The notes: generated by a model from the sequence alone, not told the origin. Counted from the first letter of the stretch, positions 29,701 to 42,462 are shown. The stretch: DNA of 64,000 bases from an uncultured Planctomycetaceae bacterium (GCA_963815195.1 CAWFGE010000012.1:320001-384000); one strand, 5' to 3'. A program made the numbers and translations.

Positions 29701-32700
29701 TACCGACGACCTTTCGACGGACGGTCCGGGAACCTACACCGAAAACGTCACAATCAACAAGGACGTGACGATTCAGGCGACCGAACTCGACCCAACCGCC
29801 GTCATCGTGGACGGCAGCGCCGCCGGTTCCGTGATCACCATTACCGCGGGCAACACGGTCACGCTCGATTCGCTGACCATCCAAAACGGGTCCGCGACGA
29901 ATGGCGGCGGCATCAACAACGCCGGCACGCTGACGCTCACCAACAGCATCGTTCAAAACAACACCGCGACGACCAACGGCGGGGGGATCTTCAATGCCTC
30001 CACGGGCATCGCCACGGTGACCGGCGCGTCGGTGATCTCCGGCAACACGGCCAGCGGCAGCTTGGTGCCGGAGGGCGGCGGCGGAATCTTTAACGAGGGC
30101 GGCGGGATGATCACGGTCGATGGCTCCTCCATCGTCCAAAACAACACCGCCACCGCCAGCCGAGGCGGTGGGATCTTCAACAGCCTGGACGGCACGTTGA
30201 TTGTTCAAGGCGGAGCGCAGATCAGCGGCAATGCCGCGGGCACGGTCCCCGGGACCCAACGGTTCGGCGGGGGAATCTACAACCGCGGGACAGCGACGAT
30301 TCAAGGCGGAACCCAGATCACGGGCAATACCGCCACCGATCAGGGCGGCGGCATCTACAGCGCCTCGATGGGCACGACGACGGTTCAAGGCGGAGCGCAG
30401 ATCACGGGCAATAGCGCCAACAATGATGGCGGCGGGATCTTCAACAACGCCGGCGGGACACTGACAATCCAGGACGGAACCCAGATCAGCGGCAATACCG
30501 CCAACGATGACGGGGGCGGGGTTTACAATCTCGGCGATCTCACCATCGATAGCGCCACCATCGGTGGAACGGGCGTGGGCAACACCGCCGGCAGCGACGG
30601 TGGCGGGATTTACTTCGATGATGGGACGGTGACCATCACCAACGCGACCATCGACGGCAACACCGCGAGCGGTAGCGCCTCAAACAACGGCGGCGGCGGG
30701 ATTTTTGTCGATGATGGGGAGACCTTATCCCTGAATAGCACCGTGAGCATTACGAACAACGTCGCCAACGGCGCGCTCGGCTCGGGCGGCGGGATCTTCG
30801 TCGATACGGGAGCCGCGCTGAGCTTGACCGGCACGACGGTCACCGGCAACACCGCCAAACGCGCCGGCGGCGGCATCGAAGACAACTCCGGCAACACCAC
30901 GTTTGTCACATTGACCGACGCGACGTTGAACAACAACGTCGCCCTGGGCACGGGATCGGCCCCCGGCAACGGCGGCGGCCTGCACATCACGGGCGCCGGC
31001 CAGGTGACGATCAGCGGGGGGACCATCAATAATAACACCGCCGCCGAGGAAGGCGGCGGCCTGTGGAACTCCGGCACGGGCGATGGTGGCCATTCAGAAA
31101 GCGGCGTAGGTGGCACGCTCATCCAAGGCAACGTGGCCAACGGCGACCTCACCGAGCAGGGCGGCGGCGGGGTGTTCAACGACGGCGGCACGATCGATCT
31201 CGTGGGGGCGGCGATCAATGCCAATATCTCCACAGCCACGGCCACCGGCAACGGCGGCGGCGGGATCTTTAACCGCGGTACCGTGAACCTCATTGGAACG
31301 AACGTCGCCGGTAATCAGGCCGCGAACGGCTCTGCGAGCGGCGGCGGGATCCTGAATTCCATCGGGGCGACGCTGACGGTGAGCGGCGGCAGCATCACCG
31401 GCAACACCGCCAACCGCGCGGGTGGCGGCATCGAAGACAATTCCGGCCCCGGCCTCGGTGTGACGCTCATCGATGTCTCCTTGGACAACAACGTCGCCCA
31501 AGGCGCCCCGGCAACGGCGGCGGCCTGCATGTCACCGGGGCAGGCGATGTCTCCATCACGGGAGGCACGGTCAGCGGCAACAGCGCGGCCCTCGAAGGCG
31601 GCGGCCTGTGGAACGGCACCGGCACCATGACCATCACCGGCACGACCTTCATCGGAAACACCGCCAGCGGCAATGCGGCCGACGACGGCGGCGGCGCGAT
31701 CTTCAACAACGGCGGCACCCTGAACATTACCGACGCCATCTTCTCCACCAACGTGGCGGATGGCGCGCTGGGCAGCGGCGGCGGGATCTTTAATAACGGC
31801 GGAATTCTGTTGCTCGTCAACTCGCAAGTGGGATCCGGAAGCAGCGGGAATACGGCCACTTTCAATGGCGGCGGGATCTTCAGCACCGGCGGAGACGTGA
31901 CCATTCTCTCGAGCAGCATCAGCTCAAACGTCTCGGGTGCGGCGCTCATCGGCACCGGCGGCGGCGGGATCTTTAACGACAGCGAGATGACGATTGTCGG
32001 CTCAATCATCGATCGCAACACGGCCAACAACGGCCTGGGCAACGGCGGCGGCATCCTTAACAGCCCCAATGGAACCTTGACGGTCGTTAGCAGCGACATT
32101 TTGGACAACACCGCGGCGCGGGCCGGCGGCGGGATCGAGAATAATGCCGGTTCCCTCACGCTCACAAATGTGACGATGGCGGGCAACATCGCCGGGGTCA
32201 ACGGCGGGGCCGTGCATCAAAGCGGGGACGCCGTCGTCAACGTGCTCGGCGGCTTGGTGCAGAATAACACCGCCGGGCAGGAAGGCGGCGGCTTCTGGAA
32301 TTCCTCCGTCGGGACGATGACGATCAACGGCACGACCGTCATGCAAAACACCGCGAACGGCACCGACACCGAGCAGGGCGGCGGCGGCGTGTTCAACGAC
32401 GGCGGCGTCGTTACGATCCTTAACGCGACCGTCACGAAAAACGTCGCCTTGGGCGATGGTCCAGGCGAAGGCGGCGGCGGGATCTTCAACGACGGCACGA
32501 TGTTCATCACCAATTCCTCGATCACCAACAACGAGGCCTTGAACGGCCTGGGCAACGGCGGCGGGATCCTCAACTCCGACGGCGGCACGCTGACCATCAC
32601 TGGCGCGGGCACCGAAATCTCCGGCAACGAAGCCGCCCGCGCGGGCGGCGGCATCGAGAACAACGGCGGCGTCGTGACTCTCACCGATGTATCTCTCAAC

Positions 32701-35700
32701 GACAACACCGCCGGCATCAACGGCGGAGGACTCCATACGAGCGGCGCGGGCGTGGTGGCCATCAACGGCGGCGAAGTCATGGGCAACACCGCGGGCGAAG
32801 AAGGCGGCGGACTCTGGAACTCGTCCGCCGGCACGCTGACGATCGCCACCAGCAGCCTGGGCGGCACGACGATCTCCGGCAACGTCGCCAACGGCAATGG
32901 CACCAAGCAGGGCGGCGGCGGGATCTTTAACGACGGCGGCACAATCTCGATCACCGGCGCGACCATCACCGACAACACCGCCACCGCAACGAGCGCGGGC
33001 AACGGCGGCGGCGGGATCTTCTTGAACGGCGGCACCGTGTCCTTGACCGACGCCAATATCACCGCCAATACGAGCGGGGCCGACGGCGGCGGGATTTTGA
33101 ATTGCCTCGGCACGGTGACCGTCAGCGGCGGCACCATCTCCGACAACACCGCGGCCCGCGCGGGCGGCGGCATCGAAAACAGCAGCGGCCTCCTCACGCT
33201 GAACGATGTGTCCCTCAACGAGAACACCGCCGGGGTCAACGGCGGCGGGCTCCATCAAACGGGAGCCAGCACCGCGACCGTCACCGGCGGCACGGTCTCC
33301 GGAAACTCGGCCGCCCAGGAAGGCGGCGGTTTGTGGAACTCTTCCACCGGCACGCTCACGGTCGACGGCACCACAATCGACTCGAACACCGCCAGCGGCG
33401 CACTCGCCGATCAAGGCGGCGGCGGAGTGTTTAACGCGGGCGGCATGGTGTCGATTACCGGTGCCACCGTTTCCAACAATGCCGCCGATGGAGGCGCTCG
33501 GTTCCGGGGGCGGGATTTTCAATGATCTGGGCGGGACGCTCTCCGTCGAAAACTTCTCGACGATCCTCGGCAACTCGGCCGCGGCGAACGGCGGCGGGAT
33601 CTTTAATGCCGGCAACCTCACCGTGGACGGCTCCACCATCGGCCAGTTCCTCGTCGAGAACGATGTTTGGTCCCAAACCGGAACCGCGGGCGATTTGGCG
33701 TTTGCGTTTGTGGATACCCAAAACTCCACCGCGGGCCAGGATGTGCTGTTGGATGTCTTGGAAAACGACGGCAGCACCGTGATCGACAACTTCAACGCCG
33801 GCATCTCCGCCGGCGGAAGCGTCACTCAAAGTGGGAACGTGTTTTATAACGTCCAGTCCAATCCCTTCGGCGGCGATGAGGTCACGCCTTATCAAATCTA
33901 CGCCAGCGTCGTCGATCCGGGCGCGGCGATTGCCGAGTCCGAAAGCAACGACACCTCCGGCACCGCGGACCCGGTTACCGCAGAAACCCTCGTCACCGGC
34001 GATTTGGGTTCCGCGACCGATGCGGACTTCTTTTCCATCAATGTCGCCGCGGCCGATACTTCGCTGGTGGTGATTTTGGATTCGCTCACCGGCACCGATG
34101 CGGTGGTGGAACTCCTGGATACCGACGGCACCACGGTGCTCGCGAAGGGCACGGTGGACGCCTTCTCGCTGGACAGCGCTGCGATTGCTTCGGGGTTGTC
34201 TGTCGGGACGTATTTCATCCGCGTGACGGGCAAGGCCGGGGCCACGGGCGGTTATCAATTCGTGGCGAAGACCGTCACCGCGGCCGACCAGGTGGCCGAG
34301 TCGGAACCGAACAACACCCCGGCCGATGCCACCGCCTTGCCGGCGGGACAATTCGGCGAGGGCAACCTGATCGATGTCGGCGCGAACACGGCCATTAACG
34401 GCGGCGGGCTTTTCAATGCCTCGACCGGCACGGCCACCGTCACGGGCTTTTCGCAGATCAGCGACAACACCGCGACCGGCAATGCCTCGACCAACGGCGG
34501 CGGCGGGATCTATAACGACGGCGGCACGGTCACGGTCGAGGATTTTTCCATAATCGATCACAACGCCGCCACCGGCACCAGCGGTTCGGGCGGCGGGATC
34601 TTCAATGGCACCGGCGGCACGCTCGCGGTGACGGACGCCTCGATCACCGATAACACGGCGGAACGCGCCGGTGGCGGGATCGAAGACAATTCCGGGGCCG
34701 GCTTGGGCGTGACGTTGACCAACGTCACGCTGGACAACAACGTCGCCCAAGGCACGCCCGGCAACGGCGGCGGCTTGCACGTCACCGGAGCCGGCGATGT
34801 CTCGATCACGGACGGCACCGTCAGCGGCAACAGTGCGGCCCTCGAAGGCGGCGGCCTCTGGAACGGCACCGGCAAAATGACCATCGACGGCACCATCATC
34901 AGCGGCAATACCGCAAGCGGCGATGCGCTCACCGACGGCGGCGGCGGAATCTTCAATAACGGCGGCACGCTCCAAGTCGGACAGACGACGGCTGTGACCA
35001 TTTCCGAAAACATTGCCGACGGCACGCTGGGCAGCGGCGGCGGGATCCTCAATCTCTCCGGAACAACGGTCGTCAACGGCAGCACGATTTCCAATAACGC
35101 GGCGAACCGCGCCGGCGGGGGCGTCGAAACCAACGCCGGCAGTGTAACCCTCACGGACAGCGACCTCACGATGAACACGGCCTTCATCAACGGCGGCGGC
35201 TTGCACGTGACCGGGGCGGGAACCGTCGGCATCACCGGCGGCACGGTGAGCGAGAACTCCGCCAGTCAGGAAGGCGGCGGACTCTGGAACGGCAGCGGCA
35301 CGATGACCATCGACGGCGCGACCATAGACTCCAACACCGCCAGCGGAGCCGGCTCCGATCAAGGCGGCGGCGGCGTCTTCAACGCGGGCGGCACCGTCGC
35401 CATTCAGAACAGCACGTCGATCACCAATAACCTTGCCGATGGCACATCCGGCAGCGGCGGCGGGATTTTGAATGATGTGGGCGGCACCCTGACCGTGAAC
35501 GGTTCCTCCATCACGGGCAACACCGCCAACCGCGCCGGCGGCGGAATCGAAGACAACTCCGGAGCCGGCTTGGGCGTGACGCTGACCAATGTGACGTTGG
35601 ACAACAACGTCGCCCAGGGCACGCCCGGCAACGGCGGCGGCCTGCATGTCACCGGGGCGGGCGATGTCTCCATCACCGGCGGAACCGTCAGCGGCAACAG

Positions 35701-37705
35701 CGCGGCCCTCGAAGGCGGCGGCCTCTGGAACGGCACCGGCAAGATGACCATCGACGGCACGACCATCGACGGCAACACCGCGAGCGGCGATGCTGCCGAT
35801 GACGGCGGCGGCGGGATCTTCAACAACGGTGGCACCGTGAACATTACCGCGGCCACCCTCTCCAATAACGCGGCCGACGGCACGAGCGGCTCGGGCGGCG
35901 GGATCTTCAACAACACTGGCGGCACAGTGTCGCTTTCCACGAGCACCGTCACCGCCAACGTCGCGAGCACCGGCGGCGGGGTGTTTAACCAGGGCGCGCT
36001 CACCGTCACGGCCAGCACGATTGACTCCAACACCGCCGGCGGAGAAGGCGGCGGGATCTGGAATAGCAATTCACTGACGTTGACCAACTCCACGGTGAGC
36101 GGCAACACCGTCGCCACGAACGGCGGCGGAATCTACACCGGTACGATCACCGGAACCGCGACGATCCAAAACTCCACCATCGCCAACAACCGGGCGGACG
36201 CCGAAGGCACCGGGGCGGGCACCGGCGGCGGGATCAATCACGACGACACCGGCAGCGTGACCTTGACCAGCACGATCGTCGCCGACAACTTCGCCGGCAC
36301 CGGCACGGGCATGGATGATATCAGCGGCACCGTTGGCGGCATGTTTAACCTCGTGGGCGTGGATACCGGACTAACCGGCCTGACCGACGGCGTGGGCGGG
36401 AATATCGTGGGCACGGCGGCGAACCCGATTGATCCGGGATTGCAGCCGCTCGCCGACAACGGCGGCCCCACAAAAACGCAGGCCATCCTCCCCAATAGCC
36501 CCGCGCTCAACGCGGGCGACAACCCGCTCGATTTGATGACCGATCAGCGCGGCGGGCCTTATGTCCGCACCTTCGGCAGCCAGACCGACATCGGCGCGTT
36601 TGAACTCCAAGCCGCCGGCGGCGGTGGGAACGACATCGCGGCCGTTGCTCCAGGGCCGGGCGTGCCGGGCATCGTGCAAGTCGTGAATGCCATCACCCTC
36701 GATCCGCTGTTCTCCTTTGAACCGTATCCTGAATTTATGGGCGGCGTGCGGGTGGCCGTGGGCGATGTCACCGGCGACGGCATTCCGGATGTCATCACCG
36801 GGGCCGGTCCCACGGGCGGGCCGCACATCAAAGTGTTTGACGGCGACACCCACGCCGAAATCATCAGCTTTTTCGCCTTTGACGCGAGCTTCACCGGAGG
36901 CGTGTTCGTGGCGGCGGCCAAGCTGGACGGAGATAACATGGCGGACATCATCGTCGGCGCGGATGCCGGCGGGGGGCCCAACGTCATCGTCTTCAGCGGA
37001 GCCGACCTGACCCCGCTGTTTAACTTTTACGCGTATGCTCCAAACTTCACCGGCGGCGTTCGCGTGGCGGCGGGCGACATCACCGGCGACGGCGTCCCGG
37101 ACATTATCACCGGAGCCGGCCCCGGCGGCGGACCGCATGTCCGCGTGTTCGACGGCACCGTGCCGCTCATCGAGGATTCGGGCGTCACCGACATTGCCAT
37201 GTCCATGGACAACCCGCTGGGCAGCTTCTATGCCTATGATGCGAACTTCACCGGCGGCGTGTTTGTGGCGGCGGGCGACGTGGACGGCGATGGCCGGATC
37301 GATCTGATCACCGGAGCCGGTGCCGGCGGCGGACCGCACGTCAAGGTCTTTAGCGGTGCCACCGGCTCGGTCCTGCCCACGGTCATCGGCAGCTTTTACG
37401 CCTATGATGCGAACTTCACCGGCGGCGTCCGCGTGGCCGCCAGCGACATCACAGGCGACGGCAAGGCCGACATCATCACGGGTGCCGGCCAAGGCGGCGG
37501 CCCCAATGTGCGGGCGTTCAACGCCGCCAGCACCGGCACGGTCCCCCAACAGCTTCGGGATCTGTATTACCCCGATGATCCCAACTTCACCGGTGGGGTA
37601 TTCGTCGCCGCCAGCACCCGGCTGGACAGCGTTCCGACGGTGAGCTCGTCCGACCTCGACCAGCTCTTCTCCAACGGAGACCTGATGGACGACCTTCTCA
37701 ATTAG
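26795..37705 (+). CDS. Giant planctomycete surface/secreted protein (~3,636 aa): EVLEDRTLL export-type motif, long GGGI/FxxN beta-helix, PPC-like insert, choice-of-anchor-Q-like domain, FG-GAP repeats (opposite frameshifts at ~31505 and ~33493)
   Basis: ORFs 26795-31630, 31627-33525 and 33206-37705 join into one repeat protein with dozens of N.A..GGGI(F/Y)N repeats. Other motifs: DPGLQPLADNGGPTKTQA...DQRG...DIGAFE; repeated FTGGVRVAAGD.TGDG..DIITGAG.GGGPHV; tail SDLDQLFS. Confidence 0.88.
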
Positions 37706-37743
37706 GGCGTTCGTTTTGTAAACTGCCTCTGCTTTTCCTAAAA

Positions 37744-37777
37744 GGCGGCGAGCCGAAACATAAATCGGCTCGCCGCC
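37744..37777. terminator. 13-bp hairpin after the giant gene (probable terminator)
   Basis: GGCGGCGAGCCGA / TCGGCTCGCCGCC perfect stem; weak U-tract. Confidence 0.6.
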
Positions 37778-37827
37778 GGTTTAGGAGCACATCATCAATC
37801 TCTTAACCCCCGGACGCCAGCCCAACG

Positions 37828-37854
37828 ATTAGCCGCCGGGCGCTCGCCCCGGTT
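37828..37854 (+). repeat. REP-like family R1, diverged copy
   Basis: ATTAGCCGCCGGGCGCTCGCCCCGGTT versus ATTAGCCGCAGGGCGCTAGCCCCGGTT at 40670 (2 mismatches). Confidence 0.7.
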
Positions 37855-37883
37855 CCCTGGAGATCAAAGAACGGAGGCCAATC

Positions 37884-38204
37884 ATGCCCATGGCGCTGAT
37901 TTATTTCACAGCGGGCCAGCGCGACGAGGTTGTGCGCATTGGCCGGGCGCTGGTGGCGGAGCGCCTGGCGGCGTGCGTGAACGTCTTGGGTGAGATCACT
38001 TCCATCTACCGCTGGGAGGGTGCCGTTCAGCAGGACGCGGAAGCCGCCGCGATTGTCAAAACCACCGCCGACCTTGTGGAGCGGGTGATCGATCGCGTGA
38101 AGGAACTGCACACCTACGATTGCCCGGCCGTCCTGTCCTGGCCCATCGCGCAAGGGAATCCCGATTTCTTGAAATGGATCGGCGCGGAAACCGAGAACCC
38201 CTAA
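37884..38204 (+). CDS. cutA: Divalent-cation tolerance protein CutA
   Basis: LVAERLAACVN, SIYRWEG, HTYDCP; GGAGG RBS. Confidence 0.93.
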   Translation: MPMALIYFTAGQRDEVVRIGRALVAERLAACVNVLGEITSIYRWEGAVQQDAEAAAIVKTTADLVERVIDRVKELHTYDCPAVLSWPIAQGNPDFLKWIGAETENP

Positions 38205-38518
38205 CGCGCCACGCCGAATCCCTGAAGCAGCGTGGAGATTCCGCACTCGGAACGTGCCGATATATCAACCCGCGTTTCCCGGTTCCAACGTGCGAAGTTG
38301 GTTCCGGTCGAAAAAACGTGGTAGAATAGCATCACTCAGGCTCCTGTCATCCCTGTGCGGGTATCGAAGATAGCACCCCTGACAATCGTGCGGCCATTCC
38401 GGGATGAAAATTTCATTTTGCCTATCGCTTTTGCCACTGGCTGCGTAAAAATGGTAGGAGATATGCACGCCCGTGCGATCGTTTGTTCCCCGCATTGACG
38501 TCTTGCCGAGGATTCGTC

Positions 38519-40581
38519 GTGACCGTGTCTCGCTGGTTGAGCTCCGTTTTCCGTCCTTCCGTCCCCGCCCGCCGGCGAAGGGCCCGGATGCCGCGCGTCC
38601 CGGCGAACGTCGAAATGCTGGAAAAACGGCTCCTGCTGTCGAACCAGAACCTCGTGGCGCTGGAACTGCCCCAAGCGGCCGGGACCGATCTCCAGGATGT
38701 TTCCTACCAGTTTCAATTGGTGGGGGGCGAGGCGACGTTTGCGGAATTCGGCGTGTTCACGTTCGATGCGGACGGCACCGTAAACGGGATTGCGCCGGGC
38801 CAGGACGGTTTTGAGAACGCCGTGCTGAATAGTGCGAGCCACCACGCCTTGCTGGAAGGCGGCGCGCCCATCGGCAGTCTTGCCACGACGAACTTGGAAG
38901 GGGCCGGGCGGATCGGCGTGTATTTTCGCCAGAACACCGCGCCGATCTCGACCGCAAACCACATCGCGTATCAAGCGACCTCGGCGAATACGCTCCGCTT
39001 GGGTTGGGATGAAGCCGCCCCGATTTGGGCGGCGGTGGGCGTCCGCGACCCGAATTGGTTCGACGATGCCGTCCTGCAAGTGACCGAAGGCACTCCGGTC
39101 AATCGGCAGGGGCCGGTTCTTCAGACCATCGCCGACCAGACGATTCCGGAACTCCAGCAGCTTCAGTTGCAAGTCCAGGGGCAAAATGTCGGCGGATCGA
39201 ACGATGTGCTCCGCTACCAACTCGACCAGGCGCCCGACGGCGCGTCGATTGATGCCACGACCGGACTTTTGACCTGGACGCCGTCGGCACTTCAGAAACC
39301 CGGCGCTATGACGTCACCGTGCGCGTGTTCGATTCAACGCAGCCCGACAAGTTGGCCACCCGGAGCTTCACCATCACCGTGACCGATGTCAATCAGGCTC
39401 AGGCCGCGCACCTGGCGCTGTTTGCCAACGGCAATCCGATCACGCTGCCGGCGAACATCGGCGTTCAATCCGACGGCGGCACCGCAGAGGCCTTCACCAT
39501 CGACGGCTCGGGCAATGTGATCTTCGATCCGAGCGGCGGCGTCACGCTGGGCGAATTCTTCGACATCTGGCGCACGAACGCCGGCCTCGCGGGGAACAAC
39601 GCCGACGCCGTGTTGAGCGCCAACCAGCTTCTCGCGAACATGGCGGACTCGACGAACACCGTCAAGATGTTCGTGAACGGCCAGGTTTCAACCGATTTCG
39701 AGAACTACGTCGTGCAGGCCGGCGATCGGATCGTCATCGACTTCGGTTCGAATCCGGTCCTGTCCTTGAATACCAACCAGGGACCGATCGTGATGGAGCT
39801 GTTCCCGGAGACAACGCCGATCACGGTCGACAATTTCCTCAATTACGTGAACCGCGGCGACTATGTGAACTCGATCTTCCACCGCTCGGTGCCCGGTTTT
39901 GTGATCCAAGGCGGCGGATTTACCACCTCGTCCGCGACCTTCACGGGCACCAGCCAGTTCACCACGATCCCCACCGATCCCGCCATTACGAACGAATTTC
40001 ACCTTTCCAACACGCGGGGGACCGTCGCGATGGCCAAGGTGGGCGGCGATCCGAACAGCGCGACCGACCAGTTCTTCGTCAACCTCAGCGACTCGAACAC
40101 GTTCCTCGATTCCAGCAACGGTGGCTTTACCGTGTTCGGGCAGGTGCTCGACATGACACCCGTGGACCAGATCGCGGCCATCCCCGTCGACAAGAGCAAT
40201 TCGTCGCCCTACGGAGAGTTGCCCCTCACGCCGGACAACCAGCTCGTCGTGATCCAGTCGATCGCGGGCCAAGGCAGCCTCGCCGGCGTCAAGTTTCTGG
40301 ATGCGAATCAGAACGGCGTCCAGGACACCGGCGAAGCGGGCATTGCGAATACGGTGATCTACATCGACGCCAACAACAACGGCGTCCACGATGCCGGCGA
40401 AATTTCCACCGTGACCGATGCCAACGGGCAGTACCTGTTGCAGGTCACCCCGGGCACTTACGTGGTCCGAGCCGAGGTCTCATCGGGCGCCACGCAAACG
40501 ACGCCCACATCGCCGGACAGTTACTCCGAGACCGTGGAAATCGGCCGCGTCATCAGCAACCTCGACTTTGGGGAATTTTAA
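38519..40581 (+). CDS. Exported multidomain cyclophilin-type PPIase (EMLEKRLLL motif, putative Ig domain, cyclophilin, SdrD-B-like domain); frameshift at ~39305
   Basis: APDGASIDATTGLLTWTP (Ig-like); TPITVDNFLNY, FHRSVPGFVIQGGG, SNTRGTVAMA, ATDQFFVN, FTVFGQV (cyclophilin); FLDANQNGVQDTGEAG...TDANGQY (SdrD-B-like). Confidence 0.82.
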
Positions 40582-40658
40582 GCCAGGCGATTGCTGCGTC
40601 CGACCAAAACGAGATGATGAGTCGCAGATCGCCGGTGCTTCGTCCGAGCAAAAACCTT

Positions 40659-40696
40659 GGGTTAAAAAAATTAGCCGCAGGGCGCTAGCCCCGGTT
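40659..40696 (+). repeat. REP-like family R1, intact copy
   Basis: GGGTTAAAAAAATTAGCCGCAGGGCGCTAGCCCCGGTT; 37/38 match to the reconstructed interrupted copy at 42792-43238 (reverse strand). Confidence 0.8.
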
Positions 40697-40743
40697 CTTC
40701 GGGTTCTTCGCTGAACGAACCGGCTGATCGAGCTGACAATGCA

Positions 40744-42462
40744 TCAACGTCGCCCGAAGTAGCGGTTGACGGCGAGGCGAAACGCCCCGTCGAAAGCTTT
40801 GTCGCGGCCGCCTGCCAGCGAGGTCGCATAACCCAAACCGACGTTGGTGTTCGCGCCGATGGCGAGTTGCGCCCCCAACAGCATCGTGAGGGTTTCCACG
40901 TTGTCCGCGTAGTTCCCCACTTGCAGCGGGCCGGCGGAAATGGTGTCCGCATTTTGCAGCGAGCGCACATAATGCAGCTCCATCGTGGGGGCCAGACTGA
41001 TCTGATCGTACTTCTGGGAAATCTGGCCGTCCGGATGGAACGAACTGATCGGAAGCACCGGCGCGTTGGCACCGCGCATCAGCCAATATCCGACCGACCA
41101 ATCGAGGAACAGGAAGCTCGCATCGTTCAATCGGCCGGCATTCTGGAGTCCCGCACCGGTCGAATTGAGCGACACCTGGTTGCCGTTCGCGTCGAAGTCG
41201 AGTTGAGCGAAACCCTGCGTGAAAAAGTTTTGATTGGGCGCGAAGTACCCGCCCAAAAACGGTTGGAGGTGCCAGGAATTGTTGTCGATTTGCACCAGGC
41301 GTCCGCCGTTGGCGAAGTTCACTCCGAAGCTGTCGGCCGTGGGACAGATCACGCCCAAGCCGCCGGAGAGCCCCATCCCGTCGCTCTCGTACAACAGCCC
41401 CTTGAGGTAAACCGCCAGATCGCCCAGCCGGACGTCGTCGGTGCTCGTGGAACCATCTGCAAAAACGGTGTTGGCCACGGTCGCGGCCATGGGGATGCGA
41501 AGCTCAAACGACGCCATGCCGCCGGCAAAGGTCTTTTCAAAGCCGGGCGTAAACCGGTTGAGGCCGGTGCCGCCCGAGACCAGCCGCGTGCGGTCAAAAA
41601 AGCCGTAGTTAAAGAAGACGCGGTCCTGGGGCCTCGTGGTTCCATTCTCGGCAATTCGCGACCGGCCCACGCCGGCGGTTCCCGCGCTGGGCGTCGGAAC
41701 ATTCACGCGCATCACGTAGGAATAGAAATAGAAGGCGTCCAAATCCGAGCCGTTCAGAGTGTCCGCACCGCCTTGGAGCAGCGCCCCGGACGCAGCCGGA
41801 TCATATGCCGTCACGCCGCCGCTCTGCATCGATTGAAACACGGCGTTCGCGGCCCCTTGATAGATTCCCGGAGGCCGCTGCACGGGGATGATGTCATAAC
41901 CCACGCCCGGCGTGCTGGCGAGCAGAGATTGAATCTGTCCAATGGTTCCCGCCGTCGTCAGCGTCGCGTCGGCATTGAACGTCGCCAATTGCGTGGCCGA
42001 GGGAAGCGGCTGCCCCGCGCGGAGCAGCGCCTGGATGTCTTGGACGGAATTGAGCGGCGTCTGAGAAATCGCCAAAGGGCCCGGTTCGGTAATCGTCAGA
42101 GTTTGATTCAAAGCCGGCAAAGGGGAGGGGACATCGAGATCGTTGGCCGCAATCAGCAACCGGGCCAACTCGTTGGACTGCCGGACCCCGCCCGCGTAGC
42201 CGGAATAGAAATCCCCCATCATGGGAGGCAGTCCCCACCAACACGAGGGCCGAAAATAAGACGGGGAAACCGCTGCCGGCGCGGGGGCATCGCCGGGAAA
42301 GAAAGCGGCCTCGTCCTGGAGCGAGGCTTCGCTGGGCCGTTTTGACGAATAGTTCTCTAAATCTTCGGCCAACCTCGGCGGCTGGGCCCACGCCGCCCCG
42401 CACGCCGCAATCGCCAAACCGAATGCCAATCCTCTAACAGCCTTCGCCCAGAATCGCCTCAT
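40744..42462 (-). CDS. Exported hypothetical protein with probable C-terminal outer-membrane beta-barrel
   Basis: Signal peptide ending AAWA-Q; PPMMGD; PQDRVFFNYGFF...NRFTPGFEKTF...FELRIP; amphipathic strands ending ...LAVNRYF. Confidence 0.65.
   Translation of the reverse strand: MRRFWAKAVRGLAFGLAIAACGAAWAQPPRLAEDLENYSSKRPSEASLQDEAAFFPGDAPAPAAVSPSYFRPSCWWGLPPMMGDFYSGYAGGVRQSNELARLLIAANDLDVPSPLPALNQTLTITEPGPLAISQTPLNSVQDIQALLRAGQPLPSATQLATFNADATLTTAGTIGQIQSLLASTPGVGYDIIPVQRPPGIYQGAANAVFQSMQSGGVTAYDPAASGALLQGGADTLNGSDLDAFYFYSYVMRVNVPTPSAGTAGVGRSRIAENGTTRPQDRVFFNYGFFDRTRLVSGGTGLNRFTPGFEKTFAGGMASFELRIPMAATVANTVFADGSTSTDDVRLGDLAVYLKGLLYESDGMGLSGGLGVICPTADSFGVNFANGGRLVQIDNNSWHLQPFLGGYFAPNQNFFTQGFAQLDFDANGNQVSLNSTGAGLQNAGRLNDASFLFLDWSVGYWLMRGANAPVLPISSFHPDGQISQKYDQISLAPTMELHYVRSLQNADTISAGPLQVGNYADNVETLTMLLGAQLAIGANTNVGLGYATSLAGGRDKAFDGAFRLAVNRYFGRR

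Noticed and set aside
31500..33500. Programmed frameshifting or phase variation in the giant gene
   Set aside because: No long slippery tract; paralogous repeats show the intact reading; similar indels are scattered throughout the window.
27065..37549. Long antisense and alternate-frame ORFs over the giant gene (e.g. 27065-28834, 32002-33825, 33455-35647)
   Set aside because: Shadow ORFs from GC-rich, repetitive Gly/Asn/Thr codons; no recognisable motifs.
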